This document shows positions 48,251 to 60,958 of a stretch of DNA of 64,000 bases, piece after piece. This DNA comes from Cirrosporium novae-zelandiae. Taxonomy: Eukaryota. The stretch lies in NCBI GenBank assembly GCA_026023565.1, contig JAPETS010000030.1:1-64000 (forward strand). The letters run 5' to 3'. Position 1 is the first letter of the stretch. The number at the start of each line of letters is the position of its first letter. The notes beneath the pieces were generated by a model. That model made no database searches, was not told the DNA's origin, and saw only the letters and a program-made list of their open reading frames with translations. The translations under genes were made by a program, and so were the position numbers.

Positions 48251-49606
48251 CTATCGGACAGTAGCTCCCTTCAAACTCTTGACCGTGCAGATACCCCCAC
48301 TGGCTGTAACCAGCTTGCCAACCTTGGTCTTTGCTTTGTTCTCATCAGTATTCAATTGTGAAACGACCTCCATATCAAATGCCACCTCTAGCCCATCCGT
48401 GGTCGTAAATCCAGGTTGGATGGTTTCCCATATCTTCTTCTTTGGGGCTAGAACCTTCTCTGGTTCTCCTTGCCATCCCTCAAAGTATACCCGTTCACCG
48501 GCGCTTGAATCCGCCGGGGGATTGACCAGCTCTACCGGTCCTGCGTGGCTATCTCCTCCCTCGGCTACTCGTGGTGATGCCGCCAAAACCATCGCTGCAG
48601 ACTTGATTCCTCGCATTGTGACGGGCTTAAGGTTGCAAACTGTGATTACTTTTCGTCCCTGCATCTCTTCCAAGGGAACCAGACCATTTAATCCAGAACA
48701 CACGGTTCTCACTATCTGTCCTTCATATTCGGAAGTATTATCTGTTCCTGCTGGATCTCCACATGTAATGGTCGAAACATATAAAGAATCGGCGTTCGGA
48801 TGTGCGATAGCTTTCAGAATATGGCCAACCCGTAGATCAATAAGACAAGGGGAAAGTGGTGTCTCTTTAGGAGGTTCTTTCTGTTTCTTCTGCTTCTCCT
48901 TTTTCTCTTTCTTTTGTTTTTGTGCGCCTTCTCCAGCAGCCGCACCTTTGACCACCTCTTTCACATGTTCAGCCGCCTCCTTGACCTTTTCCTTCTTGCT
49001 CTTCTTCCCATGTTCTTCCTTGCCTTGTCCCACCACCAATTCTTTCTGGTCATCACCATTTGCAGCAGCTTGCGCCGCCGCCTTCTTTTTCATTTCCTTT
49101 TCAGCTTTGTGATCTATAGGCTTGATTGCGAACTGCACATCATTGACGTCGATCTTGATTTTTTCTTCGTCGGGTATGTTCAATCCAAAGATAGGCGCAT
49201 TCTGCACGAAATCGAGGTAGCGTACAATGTGATGGTAACCATGTTCGCCAGTCCTCTCCTGGGGTGTCCATTTCGAAACTACGGGAGCAAGGTGGACATA
49301 GAGTGCTGCATCTGCAACGCAGGGTTTGCTGCCTAATAAAGTAGTCCGAGTAGATAGATGAGTATTGATCTTTCCAAGTCGTTCGTTGTGTTTGGCGGCA
49401 TCTTCATCGGAGGAATTGAGACGAGACGAGGTAGCAATCCATTGACTTATCTCAGTTTTTTCGGCATCGGTATAAGTCACTTTTGGATAGATGGTAGACG
49501 AAAGTTGAGGGACATCAGTTTCGCTAGTGGACGAGGTGACGGTGGATGGAAAAGCTCGACGGAGCACATCGAGGACAGCTGTAGAGGAGGAAGTTGAGGT
49601 GGCCAT
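48251..49606 (-). CDS. ARC1: Aminoacyl-tRNA synthetase cofactor Arc1 (GST-like domain plus OB-fold tRNA-binding domain)
   Basis: IDLRVGHILKAIAHPNADSLYVSTI, RTVCSGLNGLVPLEEMQGRKV, CNLKPVTMRGIKSAAMVLAAS, KKKIWETIQPGF. Start assigned to MATSTSS. Confidence 0.93.
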   Translation of the reverse strand: MATSTSSSTAVLDVLRRAFPSTVTSSTSETDVPQLSSTIYPKVTYTDAEKTEISQWIATSSRLNSSDEDAAKHNERLGKINTHLSTRTTLLGSKPCVADAALYVHLAPVVSKWTPQERTGEHGYHHIVRYLDFVQNAPIFGLNIPDEEKIKIDVNDVQFAIKPIDHKAEKEMKKKAAAQAAANGDDQKELVVGQGKEEHGKKSKKEKVKEAAEHVKEVVKGAAAGEGAQKQKKEKKEKQKKQKEPPKETPLSPCLIDLRVGHILKAIAHPNADSLYVSTITCGDPAGTDNTSEYEGQIVRTVCSGLNGLVPLEEMQGRKVITVCNLKPVTMRGIKSAAMVLAASPRVAEGGDSHAGPVELVNPPADSSAGERVYFEGWQGEPEKVLAPKKKIWETIQPGFTTTDGLEVAFDMEVVSQLNTDENKAKTKVGKLVTASGGICTVKSLKGATVR

Positions 49607-50202
49607 TTTTGCAATTGGATGTTGGACAGTAATTCTAGTGAGGTTCTGTAGGGTTGGTCGAGGACTATCTATCAAGACCCCACGTGTTAGTGGGGAGAGT
49701 TTCGGCGCGTGTTGCAGCAGCCGCGAAAATAATTTGATGTAAGACAGCTTGAAGGGCCTTCAGTAATGTGCAAAGGAGAAAGAATGAAAAAGCTGTAATA
49801 CGAGTGACAGTAAATATTTATCTATTGGAGTTCTAATGGCTATGTACTCTTTTTGGACTTTGAGTCATGCATGATGCATCAAATTTGGCTCGCTTAGACT
49901 TTTGGCGGCCTCAGTGGGCGGAGAGAGGGTTGTCCTGTATCGACATGACAAAATTTTTTGATTTGAAATACTATCGGATTAAAACGTTCAACTCTTCTCA
50001 TTACTTTCCATTCTGTGTACCAATGCTATGTTTGCTATGCTACTCTATGTGCTTGAATGCAAAAACCTTGGACTTTTTCATTTACATGTTGTCTCAATCA
50101 TCACAGCATTCATGTTCATATCCAACGCAATGCTCACCTAATATGCAGTCAAAAAATCCCACTTTATCCTTTGATGTTTTTCATATATTCATCCAGCACG
50201 CT

Positions 50203-53200
50203 TTAATCCTTTTCGTCTGTAATCGGTGTCGTAGTGCCACGAGATGCTCTTGAAGAAGACATGCTGTAAGGCGCCTGATAATATATTTGTTAATATACTA
50301 AGGGATAGAAAGATAAAGACGAGAGTGATGCATACAAGAACTTTTTTAGCGTTCAATACTCTCCAAGCCAAATTCTTGACATTACCGTCTGCTTTGACTA
50401 CCTCTGGAGCAAACTCGATACCGAACCTGCAAATGGTCAACCTTTGCGTCGTGGAAAGTATGGAAAACTCACAGGTAGTGCACAGCATAGACAACTCTCT
50501 TAGCGTATTTGCCATCCCGATCAACTAGATTCCCGAACGGCTCCTCGGAATTGCTAGGTGCAATGTCGGGATCGCGGTCAAAGCAATTTCTTACCATGGA
50601 TAGGAGGGAATCTTGAATAGCTTCTCTAATAATACCATTTTCATCATCAATGGCCAGATGTTCCTCGTCAAATCTGCCAATCCGGACCTCAAATGGTAGA
50701 GAGATTGCCATTACGTTATGCTTTCCATCATGATGATACCGGAACTCAAAGACACCTTGGGTCCACCAGAGCTTGTCTCCTGAAAATTCCACCTCTCCAG
50801 AGAGGTAGTCTTTAGATTCTCCATCCTGACGTTGTTTACCGGATACAAGGACGTCGCTAACAAGGATTCCAGCATCAGCAGTAGCAGTATCATATTGGCC
50901 TTCATTGGTGGCAACCCAGCGACCCTGTGACGAGATGCGTGTTACTTCTCGAGAAGCATTATCGGCTACCATATACAGACTAACCCAATCTCGTTTGCTG
51001 TGATTAAGAGGTGCTGTCCATTTGACTTTAATCGGTGCCCCATACTTGAAATTCAAGGTACGGAAGTCGCTCCTGTGTTCAGGCGGGAACCGAGCTGTTT
51101 GGCTCTCCTTACCGCTTGTCTTCTCGGCCTCGAATTGGGCTGACGATGGTTCTCCTTCAATTTGAAGCGAATAGTCTTTGGGGTCGAAGCCCGCAAGGTC
51201 TGGAGCAAGACGTGTAATGGAGATACGTGCAGGATAATTTTGGAAGAGTGCAGTAGTATCTTTGACAATAGTATTAACTCCAGCGGCAAGCTTTGGCCTG
51301 GCAGCTTCAATGAATTCTTCGAGAACATCCATTGTATCGCTGACCATCTTGTCCACATTTCCTTGCCATTGCTTTAGAGGAGGAGGAAGAGAGCGTTTGA
51401 TGGTCTTGGAAATTCCAGAGTCTCGTCTGAGGCTTCTTCCATAAAGTTTCTGCATGTGAGGTCGTTCAATAAAATGAATAAAAAAGAGTGTCACTGTATG
51501 GCTGAGAAATGCAAGGAAGAATATCGATCGGCTCCCTGTGATCAAGGCAGCTCCCCATACACCAGCAAGCCCAATGACTCGCTCTGGATTGTTCAAGAAA
51601 CGATAAATTCCATTATAAGTCAATTTTGGGGTTTGATCAAAGAAGAAGTCTCCATAAAACCACCCAAACTCTCCCAAGGAATCATAAATGCTGACAGCTG
51701 TCCATATTTGAAGGGCTATCAAGCTTGTGCCAATCACGTGCTTTAGCAGGACAAACCCGTACTCCCAGCTCGGCGGGAAAGAATACGTCTTATAAACGGC
51801 GGCAATGAAACTTGCATAGCACATAGCCATGCTAAGATGATACATTCCTTTCCATTGGCGCCAAGCTTCTTCGGTACTATCACCGAATTTGACAAAGTGA
51901 CGGGTCCATTGTTTTTTGGCAGATTGACGGTTAAGAATATATCCAATACCAAACGCGTACCACAATCGCCAAGCAGCTGCATGAAGGACAAACAAGGTCT
52001 TGTAGAACGGTGTTGATGGGGTCAACACCGCAATAAAGAGTATATAAAATTGAAAAAGGAATACAGATATATCGGTGACTCTGTGTAAATCGAAGTTTCT
52101 AAGTCCTAATAGTTTATGTATCTTCGAAGGTGTTGCAGTCGAGCTCGTGGTGGTTGGATCCACCGAGAGCTCAGTAGCAGACGCTTCAGGACTCTGAAGT
52201 GGGCTGTTTGTGTCGGGAACGCATTTTCGAGATGGTGGAGGGGTGTTGTAAGTTTTGTCGATATGGGGATTTTCTACCAAGACCAAAAACGCAAACTGGG
52301 CTGCATGAGCAATGATGGAGATGAAGAGAACAGGATAACTTCCAGCCATTGAAGATATTCCGTAATATCCGGCATATCCAACGGAATACATGGGATGCGG
52401 GGCCATTTCAAAGACACCGTCAAATGTGAGCTCCTGATCAATAAGATAGAAGAAATCTCCCCAATACCATGCATAATCTTTGACAACACGATGGGCATCA
52501 AGTTTTACCCAGAGGTTAAAGATAACAAGGCTTATACCGCCAAACCATCGTAGGAAAGTCATTGCCACCCCTTCATTAACAGGTCGATGCCCGCAAGCCA
52601 GGGCAAACAAACAATAAGAAACAAAGTCGCACATCAAGATCAAATCAACCACTCGTCTAAATACGAGCCATGTGTTGTATTCGATTGGAGCATCCTCAAA
52701 TTTGTAGTCTTTGGGGATCTTCGTCTCCAGCTCACGTTTGATGAGCTTGTACAGTGCTGGATGGGGATTCTCACCAGTAGCAGGGTCAACGAAGACCTTG
52801 GATTTCTTGGCCCATTTAACAAGTCTACGGTGGTTTGATTGGATTTGTAGAAGATAACCAATACCAACATTATAGCATATACGCCAAAATAAGAAGATTG
52901 TCCCAGCTATGGGAATTCGAATTGTCGACGGAAGTAAATAAATAGTTAATATATGGAGTCCTAGAACACCCAAGACAAACAAATCGGAAAGATTTTTTGG
53001 CTGAGTTGGAGACAATAGCTGGGAGACCATGTCGTGAGTTTGAGGGACGGTGAATACTGTATCCCTCGAATCAGCGAATAATAATCCCTGTAATAGTAGA
53101 TGGTAGAGAAGAAATTTCTACCCCGTGGTACACGGGAAGATATCACATACCCACACCGTCTGGAGTTCTTCCATAAGTCTTTTTCTCTTTTTCATGCCTG

Positions 53201-53331
53201 TCTGCCTCTTCCTCATCAGCGTTCAGAAACCGGACCATTTTCTGTGCCTCCAATTGAGACTCTACATTCTGAGGAGCGTTTCTCTCTCGTAGGCCTTGGA
53301 CGGCCTCTGGGTTTAATGATTCAGTCCCCAT
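50203..53331 (-). CDS. CHO2: Phosphatidylethanolamine N-methyltransferase; four exons
   Basis: [85 protein letters not shown]. The last exon reads [23 protein letters not shown]. Confidence 0.95.
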
Positions 53332-54005
53332 TGGTCTAAGGGGGTACTTTGAAAGAAACGCAGGTTGGTTTCAAAATAATGAAAGGACTATAATCCAATT
53401 GATTCCATAAAGAGGTTACACGAGCGTTGTTGAATCGCAGATACCTGGTAGGTCATTCGTTAGCTGGTTACAAAGGCGGGGGTACATGAGTTTTGGTTGG
53501 CAATATATACCTACCTCAATGGCAGTTGATGCCTTAGGTCCGTAAGGTCTGATATCTCACTGGGGTCGATAAAATGCTTACAGTACAATGATCAGGAAAA
53601 AGGTGCGCTATGGATGTTTTCAAGGTGTTTGGATTCCTCAACAAAGCGACTGTCACATGCAGTTTGATGAGGGGATCAGTCTTCTTTTGTTTTGGTCTTT
53701 CTTGGCAGAGGTGTTGGAATTACATCATTTGGGACCTTGGGCTTTCTTGACATCGGAGACTTCGCCCATCTCCGGGCCGTTCCCTCCGCCATCGCAAGTA
53801 TAACGCGGGGGGGACCTTTCATTACAAATTCAGCCTTATATGAGGTACTCCCGATTTCGCTACTCTATGATTAGTAGAAGAATTTCTATCCTGATATTAT
53901 CAGTATAACCTTTATAATTAGTTTCCTTTTCCCTCTTGACGGGCACAGACGAAAACCACATTTCCATCTCGCATTGACAACACCTTAAGAGGGAGTTTTC
54001 ATACA

Positions 54006-55073
54006 ATGGCGCCTTCATTAGAGGAGCCAACAGCCGTTGATATTGATGCACCACTAAAGAAAGCACCAAGTCTGGTTGCTCCAGAGCCAGGTAAGCAGCG
54101 TCATTTCCAGAATCCATAATGCTTCTTCGCTGATACTTCTCTAGAACACTGTCCTGGCCCCACCTCAGAAAAAGCAGGCCAGTCTGACGCCTGTGCTGGC
54201 TGTCCTAACCAGAAAATATGCGCTTCAGCTCCCAAAGGTCCCGACCCCGATATCCCTCTCATAACATCTCGTCTCTCCGGTATCAGACATAAACTACTCG
54301 TTTTATCAGGAAAGGGGGGTGTTGGAAAGAGTACTTTTTCGGCTATGCTTGCATACGCTTTTGCTTCGGATCCAGACGCTACAGTAGGCTTGATGGACAC
54401 AGATATCTGCGGGCCTTCGATTCCAAAAATGCTAGGCGTCGAACAAGAGACAATTCATATAAGCAATGCTGGATGGAGTCCTGTATGGGTAGGAGAGAAC
54501 CTGAGCGTTATGAGCGTTCAATTCATGCTACCGAATCGAGACGACGCCGTGATATGGCGGGGACCAAAGAAGAACGGGCTGATCAAACAATTCCTTAAAG
54601 ATGTGGAATGGGGAGATATGGATTACTTAATTGTTGACACGCCACCTGGAACGAGCGATGAACATCTAAGCGTGAATTCATATCTGAAAGAATCCGGCGT
54701 GGACGGCGCAATCCTGGTCACAACTCCTCAAGAAGTCAGTCTCTTGGACGTACGAAAAGAAATCGACTTTTGCCGAAAAGCTGGTATAAAAATTATTGGT
54801 ATTGTGGAGAATATGTCTGGGTTTGTGTGTGGCAAATGCAAAAATGTCTCGCAGATATTCAAAGCAACAACTGGAGGGGCCAGGCAGCTAGCGAAAGAGA
54901 CCGGTATACCGTTCCTCGGAGCGGTGCCTCTAGATCCAAGAATAGGAATGGCTTGCGATTACGGTGAGAATTTCTTCGACAACTTCCCCGATAGTCCGGC
55001 TTGTCAAGCACTAAGGGACGTTGTGAGTGCCGTTGGCACACAGATTGGAGAAGATGTGGGAATGGAATTATGA
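54006..55073 (+). CDS. NBP35: Cytosolic Fe-S cluster assembly factor Nbp35; two exons
   Basis: N-terminal [62 protein letters not shown]. Intron 54091-54144. Confidence 0.96.
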
Positions 55074-55576
55074 AAGTTTTTTTTTTAGATTTGCATTTGA
55101 CTGGAGTTATGGGGGGGGGGGGGGATTCATGAAATAATGTTATATGACACTGTGCCATACACCCATCTTACTCGTTTAACGGGTGAATTATAGGTGGTTG
55201 GGAGGTCCGAGAATCCCTATGATGGATCTGCAAAAATTGTACTTTATAAAAGCTCTCCGAAGAGAAGGCTATCGGGGAATAGACGTTGAGGAAATACAGA
55301 AATGTTAAGATTTAAAATAACTATCCTATTGATCTCCCTGAAGTGAACAAAAAGAACACTAGAAGAACTTCAACAGCTATCCTACATACAATTAAGGAAG
55401 TATTTAACATAGAACACAAAAAGAGACCCAAGGAAGGAGGAGGAAGAGGAGGAGGAGGAGGAGGAGGGAAAAAGACCCATTAACATCTAAATACTTTGAA
55501 TCGACCCATTCCACCACCCACAACTCTCTTTCACCACCCACCCTATTACCCAACCACCACCAGCAAGCAACCAACA

Positions 55577-56176
55577 TCACTCCCCACCCTCCCCCTCCCC
55601 CTCAGGCAGATCCCTCGCATAAATCTCCTTCTTATCACGAACAATATCAAGAGGCTCCATCATAACAGACTGCAACCCACCTTTCTTCTTCGGGAGGCCA
55701 ACTCTCACCCTTCTTTTCTCTTTCATACCTTCTTCTTCTTCATTATCATCATCCGCATCCTCTGCCACACCGGATTCCGCATCCGTGGGCTTTGTTTCTT
55801 CACTACCGCCACCACCACCGACACCGTCCGAAGAAGAACCCATCATCACCTCAGCAGTAGCTCTCGCCGCTGCTGCTGCTTTCCGTTCCGCAATGATCTT
55901 GCTTTTTAAACGTATGTACCGCATACGTGCTGCTTCTGTGGTGATTCCATATTGATCAGCTACGGCTGCGTAGTTGAGCTTTGATCGCGAGGAGGTTAGC
56001 TTTTGATTGATTGATTGATTGATATCTTTGCTTTTTATTATCTTGTAGTTTAGGTAGAGAGAGGGGGGAGAGGCATGAAGCTCACATACATCTTTGATAT
56101 TTGTTTCTTTGAGAAGATCGTATAGGAGGAGGGTTGAACGTGGGACGCCGGTTTCTTTTCGGCCTCGGTTTACCAT
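55577..56176 (-). CDS. Small protein with a Myb-like helix-turn-helix and an acidic tail; one intron
   Basis: LLYDLLKETNIKD|LNYAAVADQYGITTEAARMRYIRLKSKI, joined across a GTATGT..GCTAAC..AAG intron. Confidence 0.65.
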   Translation of the reverse strand: MVNRGRKETGVPRSTLLLYDLLKETNIKDVCELHASPPSLYLNYKIIKSKDINQSINQKLTSSRSKLNYAAVADQYGITTEAARMRYIRLKSKIIAERKAAAAARATAEVMMGSSSDGVGGGGGSEETKPTDAESGVAEDADDDNEEEEGMKEKRRVRVGLPKKKGGLQSVMMEPLDIVRDKKEIYARDLPEGEGEGGE

Positions 56177-57087
56177 TTTTTTGGCTGGCTGGCTGGCTGA
56201 TTGGCTTTGTTGAAAAAAAAAAAAAAAGGGGGGGGGGGGGTTACTTTGATATAGGAAGAGTTTAGTGGGATTGTGGAGGTTGGTGATGATGATGGGGGTC
56301 GTGCATGGCGTGTGAGGAGGAGAAATGTACCTGCCTGGTAAGAGAACAACTTAAAGAGAGTTGGGATGATATGCTTATGATCAAGTTTGTGAATTTCCTG
56401 TAGCTGAAACGAGTCAAATAGAATGAATGGTTTGGAGATACAGTTAGAGAAGGGAAGAGCGATGCTAATAGGGAATCTAAGCAAATATTATTTCTTTCTG
56501 TTTATTTCGGGTTTCTGCGCTGATGGGTGAATACTGTATTAGATTATTACCTCAGGTAAAATAAGTAACGCAAAAGGGCACAGGAACAAAAAACTGTATC
56601 GCATTTTTTTTTCTCATCATTTGCGGATATCTGAAGCAAGGTCTAGATAAAAGGGGGAGTGCTCAATGGCTTTTTTTGGTATTGCGTCAATCAACTGCGA
56701 GAGCCCTTTCGCCTAATCTTTAAATCTGTCTACCTATCAAGGCAGGAACATAATTTTGGTATTATATAAATGGCAAAGTGGTCCATGAATAACAAGCAGG
56801 CCAAATTTAATTTACTGTCCTGCTTTTTGTTTGATTTTGATCGGCTTGCTTGGGAATTTCACCAATGTATCAAAGCAGCTTGGATCGAAATTCTTTAACG
56901 ATCCTCAGTCTTCTAGAAAGGATTTTGCATGCAGCTTAGGTAAATAAGGCCGCTAAAATAAAAAATCCATTAGCCATCTTGCATGCCGAAGACTGGGTTT
57001 GAACGAGACGACGTACTGGCATTAAAAGGCTTGATTGGGAGCAACATTCAAGGGGGATATGGTATAATGATGGACCAGAACTGCGAT

Positions 57088-58213
57088 TCAACCTTGCATC
57101 GCAATATCTAAAGGCAGTGGCTTGTTTAATATTGTAGATGGCTCCTTTTCACAATTCGCTCGTATTAGAGCAGCCTGAGCGCTTTCTTTAACAGCTTCCT
57201 TTAGCACTGAATTGACTCCTTTCGCGCACTCAATTGCATGATCAATCAACTCCTCCGTGGCCATAAGCTGCCCAGCAGTAGTTGAAACATCAGGAATGTT
57301 TCCTCGAGACCATAACTCGGTCATTTCATCTCGGGTTTCCATATATCCGACCACACACGCCGCCAAGATTCGTGGGTGCTCAACGGGGTTAGGGTCCAAC
57401 ACTATTGACAAGTTGGGTGGGAGTGCAGATGATAGGGATTGATAATCTTTCATGGAACCTTTCTCTTTTGCATCAGAAGAATCCACCACGGCGGCAACCC
57501 CACCACATATCAGATCGAGACAATCAATACGAGCGTTAACAAGAGCTGCGCAAGATGCGGTTATACATCCGGCGAGTACGGTCATGGTTCCCCAACCACC
57601 TATAATCCCCCCAGTTTTTAAACCTGAACAATATGTACCATCTCCCTCCCATCCGTCTTCTTCTCCTTCAAGGATGGTCACTATAATATCCACTCCGCTC
57701 TTCGGCCATCTATCAGCTATGATTACTCCTTTGAGTGCGGATTCAAGATGAACAGCTAGATCCCGTTCAGTGGTATCTCTTAAATACCCCCGACGCTGTC
57801 TCGTTGCAAACGGAGCATATTTGACGTGAGTAGAAAGAACAATATTGGGGCTGAAAGGCGCAGACCGAGGCAGAGGTCGCGGACCATGAACTGTGCAGGT
57901 AATTTTAAGGTTGGATGATGGAGAATTCAAAGATGTAGCAGTGGATGTTTTCGATGTGTTATTCAATTCGAGGTATGCTGAACCGGACGCAGAGGGGGTT
58001 AGACCCGTTCGAAGGACTGTATCCGAATTAATCAAACACCGTTTCACAGATTAAAGTAGTAAATACGGCGATCGACGTACATATTTTTCTAAGCTCATTT
58101 GAAGCCCTCGTTCGCTCAGGTCTTTTTGGTCGGCTTGTTTGGGCTACAGCAGAAGTGAAGACTAGAGGCGCTGTACCACCTAGGGGACCATTGATACGCC
58201 TTCTGTCTGTCAT
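57088..58213 (-). CDS. MTR3: Exosome RNase PH-like subunit Mtr3; two exons
   Basis: MTDRRRINGP, LRTGLTPSASGSAYLE, TCTVHGPRPLPR, VKYAPFA, RWPKSGVDIIVTILE. Confidence 0.9.
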
Positions 58214-58611
58214 TGTAAGAAATTAGACCTGGGAAGTAGGCTCAAATTATAGGCCCTACAATTATGACCTTTGTAGACATTTGCTTTTGGATGAAACTTG
58301 TAGCTGGTAGAAGTTCAGAGTTCTATATCACGTGATCCGCCAAGAGTTAGAGCTTGTGTGAAAATTTAAGTTGCGGCTTTTCTCTCTCCTCCGTCTAATT
58401 TCTTTATTCTTCACGCGTCAATAATTATGCACATTTCCTTCGTCTTCGAATTTGAACCTTCAAGTATCACAGGTCTGGATACTAGTTGCTGAGTGTTGCA
58501 AAATATGTTTCAAGATCTCATGAGAACGATGTCATCGACTCTAATCGACCAATCGCACATATCTGTAAGTAGATAACAGCATACCCGAGCACCACTTTCA
58601 ATTTCAATTTC

Positions 58612-58683
58612 ATGAAGAAATTTTCACACACTAGTTCAAGAGACTTTACCATGATCGTTGAACAAACATGCATCACCATCTGA
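58612..58683 (+). ncRNA. snR55: Box C/D snoRNA, snR55-like
   Basis: C-like box ATGAAGA. The 3' end CATGCATCACCATCTGA (guide plus D box) matches my recollection of yeast snR55 and is complementary to 18S UGGUGGUGCAUG with one G-U pair. Intronic. Confidence 0.8.
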
Positions 58684-58829
58684 TTCCTTTATTCTTACTT
58701 AAAACTGCCTTCAAAGCTATGCATTGAAACCCGCTAATCTGGCTTCGTTAAATAGATGATTACCACTGTCTTCCTATATTTCTGGTTAGTACAAGAAAGA
58801 CGTCTTTTTCACCATTTCATAGCCCCATT

Positions 58830-58908
58830 ATGATGAGGAACATCATTCAGTTCTGCTACTGAACTCCATTGAAGAAAAACTTGTACCAAACTTACCAAAA
58901 TCCACTGA
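58830..58908 (+). ncRNA. snR61: Box C/D snoRNA, snR61-like
   Basis: C box ATGATGA. Guide ATTCAGTTCTGCT before the D' box CTGA, as recalled for yeast snR61. D box CTGA at 58905-58908. Flanking AGCC/GGCT stem. Intronic. Confidence 0.82.
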
Positions 58909-60466
58909 TTCGGCTTTTCAATAATCACATTTGCGAAGTTATTCTATTTAGGATGTTTCTGACGTGCTTAATAGATAAAGGAAGAAAGCCCATGAGTCCT
59001 TACTAAGGTTAGTAATTTTCCTTCTACCTCTTTCTGCTACGATGAATTCTAGTCTATCCATTCAATGAAATGTTCATTTACCAGAATCCCCTCCCGCACC
59101 GGACTTGGCCCTTTGGACCAGGAATGATTGGTTGTGGAGTTGTGTGCTACGTTGACGAAAGTTGGCCTGCGCGTGCAATGCTGATTCCTGTGTTTCGAGG
59201 AATCGAGGCTCGTTTTGGGTTTCGATGCCATGAAACCGGTATCGAACTTGAATAAACTGGCTTTTCTGAGCAGAGATCCTATCATCATGTTTAGCCTCTC
59301 TTCTATCAGGCTCATGGCTAACTTGTATAGCTGCAGATGAAGTTATCATGATCTTTACAGATCCATCCTTGTAAATCATAAATCCCGAGTGTTACACATT
59401 GGGTACTGTGTTGAGCCAGCCATGCTATTGGCCGGGCACCTGGAGAAATAATCGTGCACATGCAGTGGAACTATCAATTGCACAAACCCAAAATACGCTT
59501 GACGGAGGAAATCTTGGAGCAAATGTAGGTGCCTGACAGGCTGACGGTCTTAAGTGTTCTTGTCTTAATTCTGTCTATTATTGGAGCCTCGGCCTAATAT
59601 GACCTCACCGAAATGTGACTGGTTTGTGTCTCACCCCTTTCCTTGGCTGCTGTCTATCACGTCTGTCTTGGTCGGGGACTATAAATTATCTTTGATACTG
59701 AAGGAGAGGAGAGGATGGAACCCATCTTATTTCAACCATGGCCATGGTCGTTTACTCAACGTAGAATTATGTAGTACATATAGGAATACATTGATATAGA
59801 TACAGATGTTCTATCCAGCTATGTCGACATCGACATGTCTTATCTGGTCATTCATTTACAATTTGTGGTAGATTGATTAGATAGCTGAGTAACATGGCTT
59901 GCAGTACAGGCTTGACCCGGAATAGATTTGTAGATTGTCAGATAGGAGAAGTGGTGAAGATGTCACATGAAGTGTTTGCCATGAAGAGTAATTGTTTTAG
60001 TAGATGAAATATAATGACATTGTACCTAATAAGTGGATGTGCCTTTTACGGTAAAGTCTTTCGTATTGCGTAGCGTGGTGAAAAAAAAGGAAGGATAGAC
60101 AGTGGTACTATTTGAGTAAGGATCGGAAGAGGTGGCTGTAAGATCGTCGGGTTCATGTTGAGTCGGATCTGTAGAGCCAGGATGAGGCCCAGAGAGCATC
60201 GAGGCAGAGTCGTCATAGGAGCCATATCGGGCCAAAGAGGCCATGTAATGGTTTTCTGCAGTTTTCAGGTCACTCATCAAGATATCAAAATATCAAAATA
60301 TCAAAATATCTAGACTGGTCAACAATGGAGATGCGGAGATTTGTATCATTTATTTAAATTGAAATTGTTAAATTGATTCATGTGTTTTGTTGATCACCGG
60401 TAATACTTTCAAGACGTTTAATCTCACTCGAAACTGGTCTGGTCGTAGCGAGCAGGGGGTCGTTGG

Positions 60467-60517
60467 GGTCGTTGGTCGTTGGTCGTTGGTCGTTGGTCGT
60501 TGGTCGCTGGTCGTTGG
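60467..60517. repeat. (GGTCGTT)n 7-bp tandem repeat
   Basis: About 7 near-perfect units, directly visible. Confidence 0.9.
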
Positions 60518-60958
60518 GGGTCCTTTGGGCGACTGTACGAGGTAAACGGCAACCGGGAGCTAGAGACTGACTGGCTCTGGCATTTGCATCTTCTTGAACT
60601 TGACAGAACTGGCTTTACGACAAGACATCCTATCCATGCCAACCCACTGGCAATTTGTCTCTGGCTCCTTCCTTTTCAACATCCCTCAATTAAAACAATC
60701 AATACATCTTGCTTGATGCAATTTGTCCATTTTCTGCTTACTTTCTTTGAATCCTTGACAATTATCCATCCCCTCACCGTGGCACTTATCTCCATCTCAA
60801 AGTTCTAGCTAAGGGGAGGAAGGGTGGTTAGGACTCCCCCCAATACTTTCAACCGCTACAACATCAATCCTCCAAGATTTGTCTAAATATCTGGAGGGTA
60901 CTAACCCCGACATTATTAACGGCTTGCTCGCCAGCCGCATGCAGCTGAGGTTGGAGCA

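Larger units (their letters stand above)
58500..59100 (+). ncRNA. Spliced, probably non-coding snoRNA host transcript; ends approximate
   Basis: Introns 58565-58755, 58785-58974 and about 59008-59084, each with GT donor, branch-like site and AG. They are separated by ~30-nt exons with no convincing ORF. Confidence 0.65.

Noticed and set aside
48210..49112. 300-aa plus-strand ORF
   Set aside because: It is the antisense shadow of ARC1. Similar shadows overlap CHO2, the MFS gene, the SDR and ANP1.
60026..60280. 84-aa minus-strand ORF
   Set aside because: No recognisable motif or supporting exon structure. It cannot be supported without a search.
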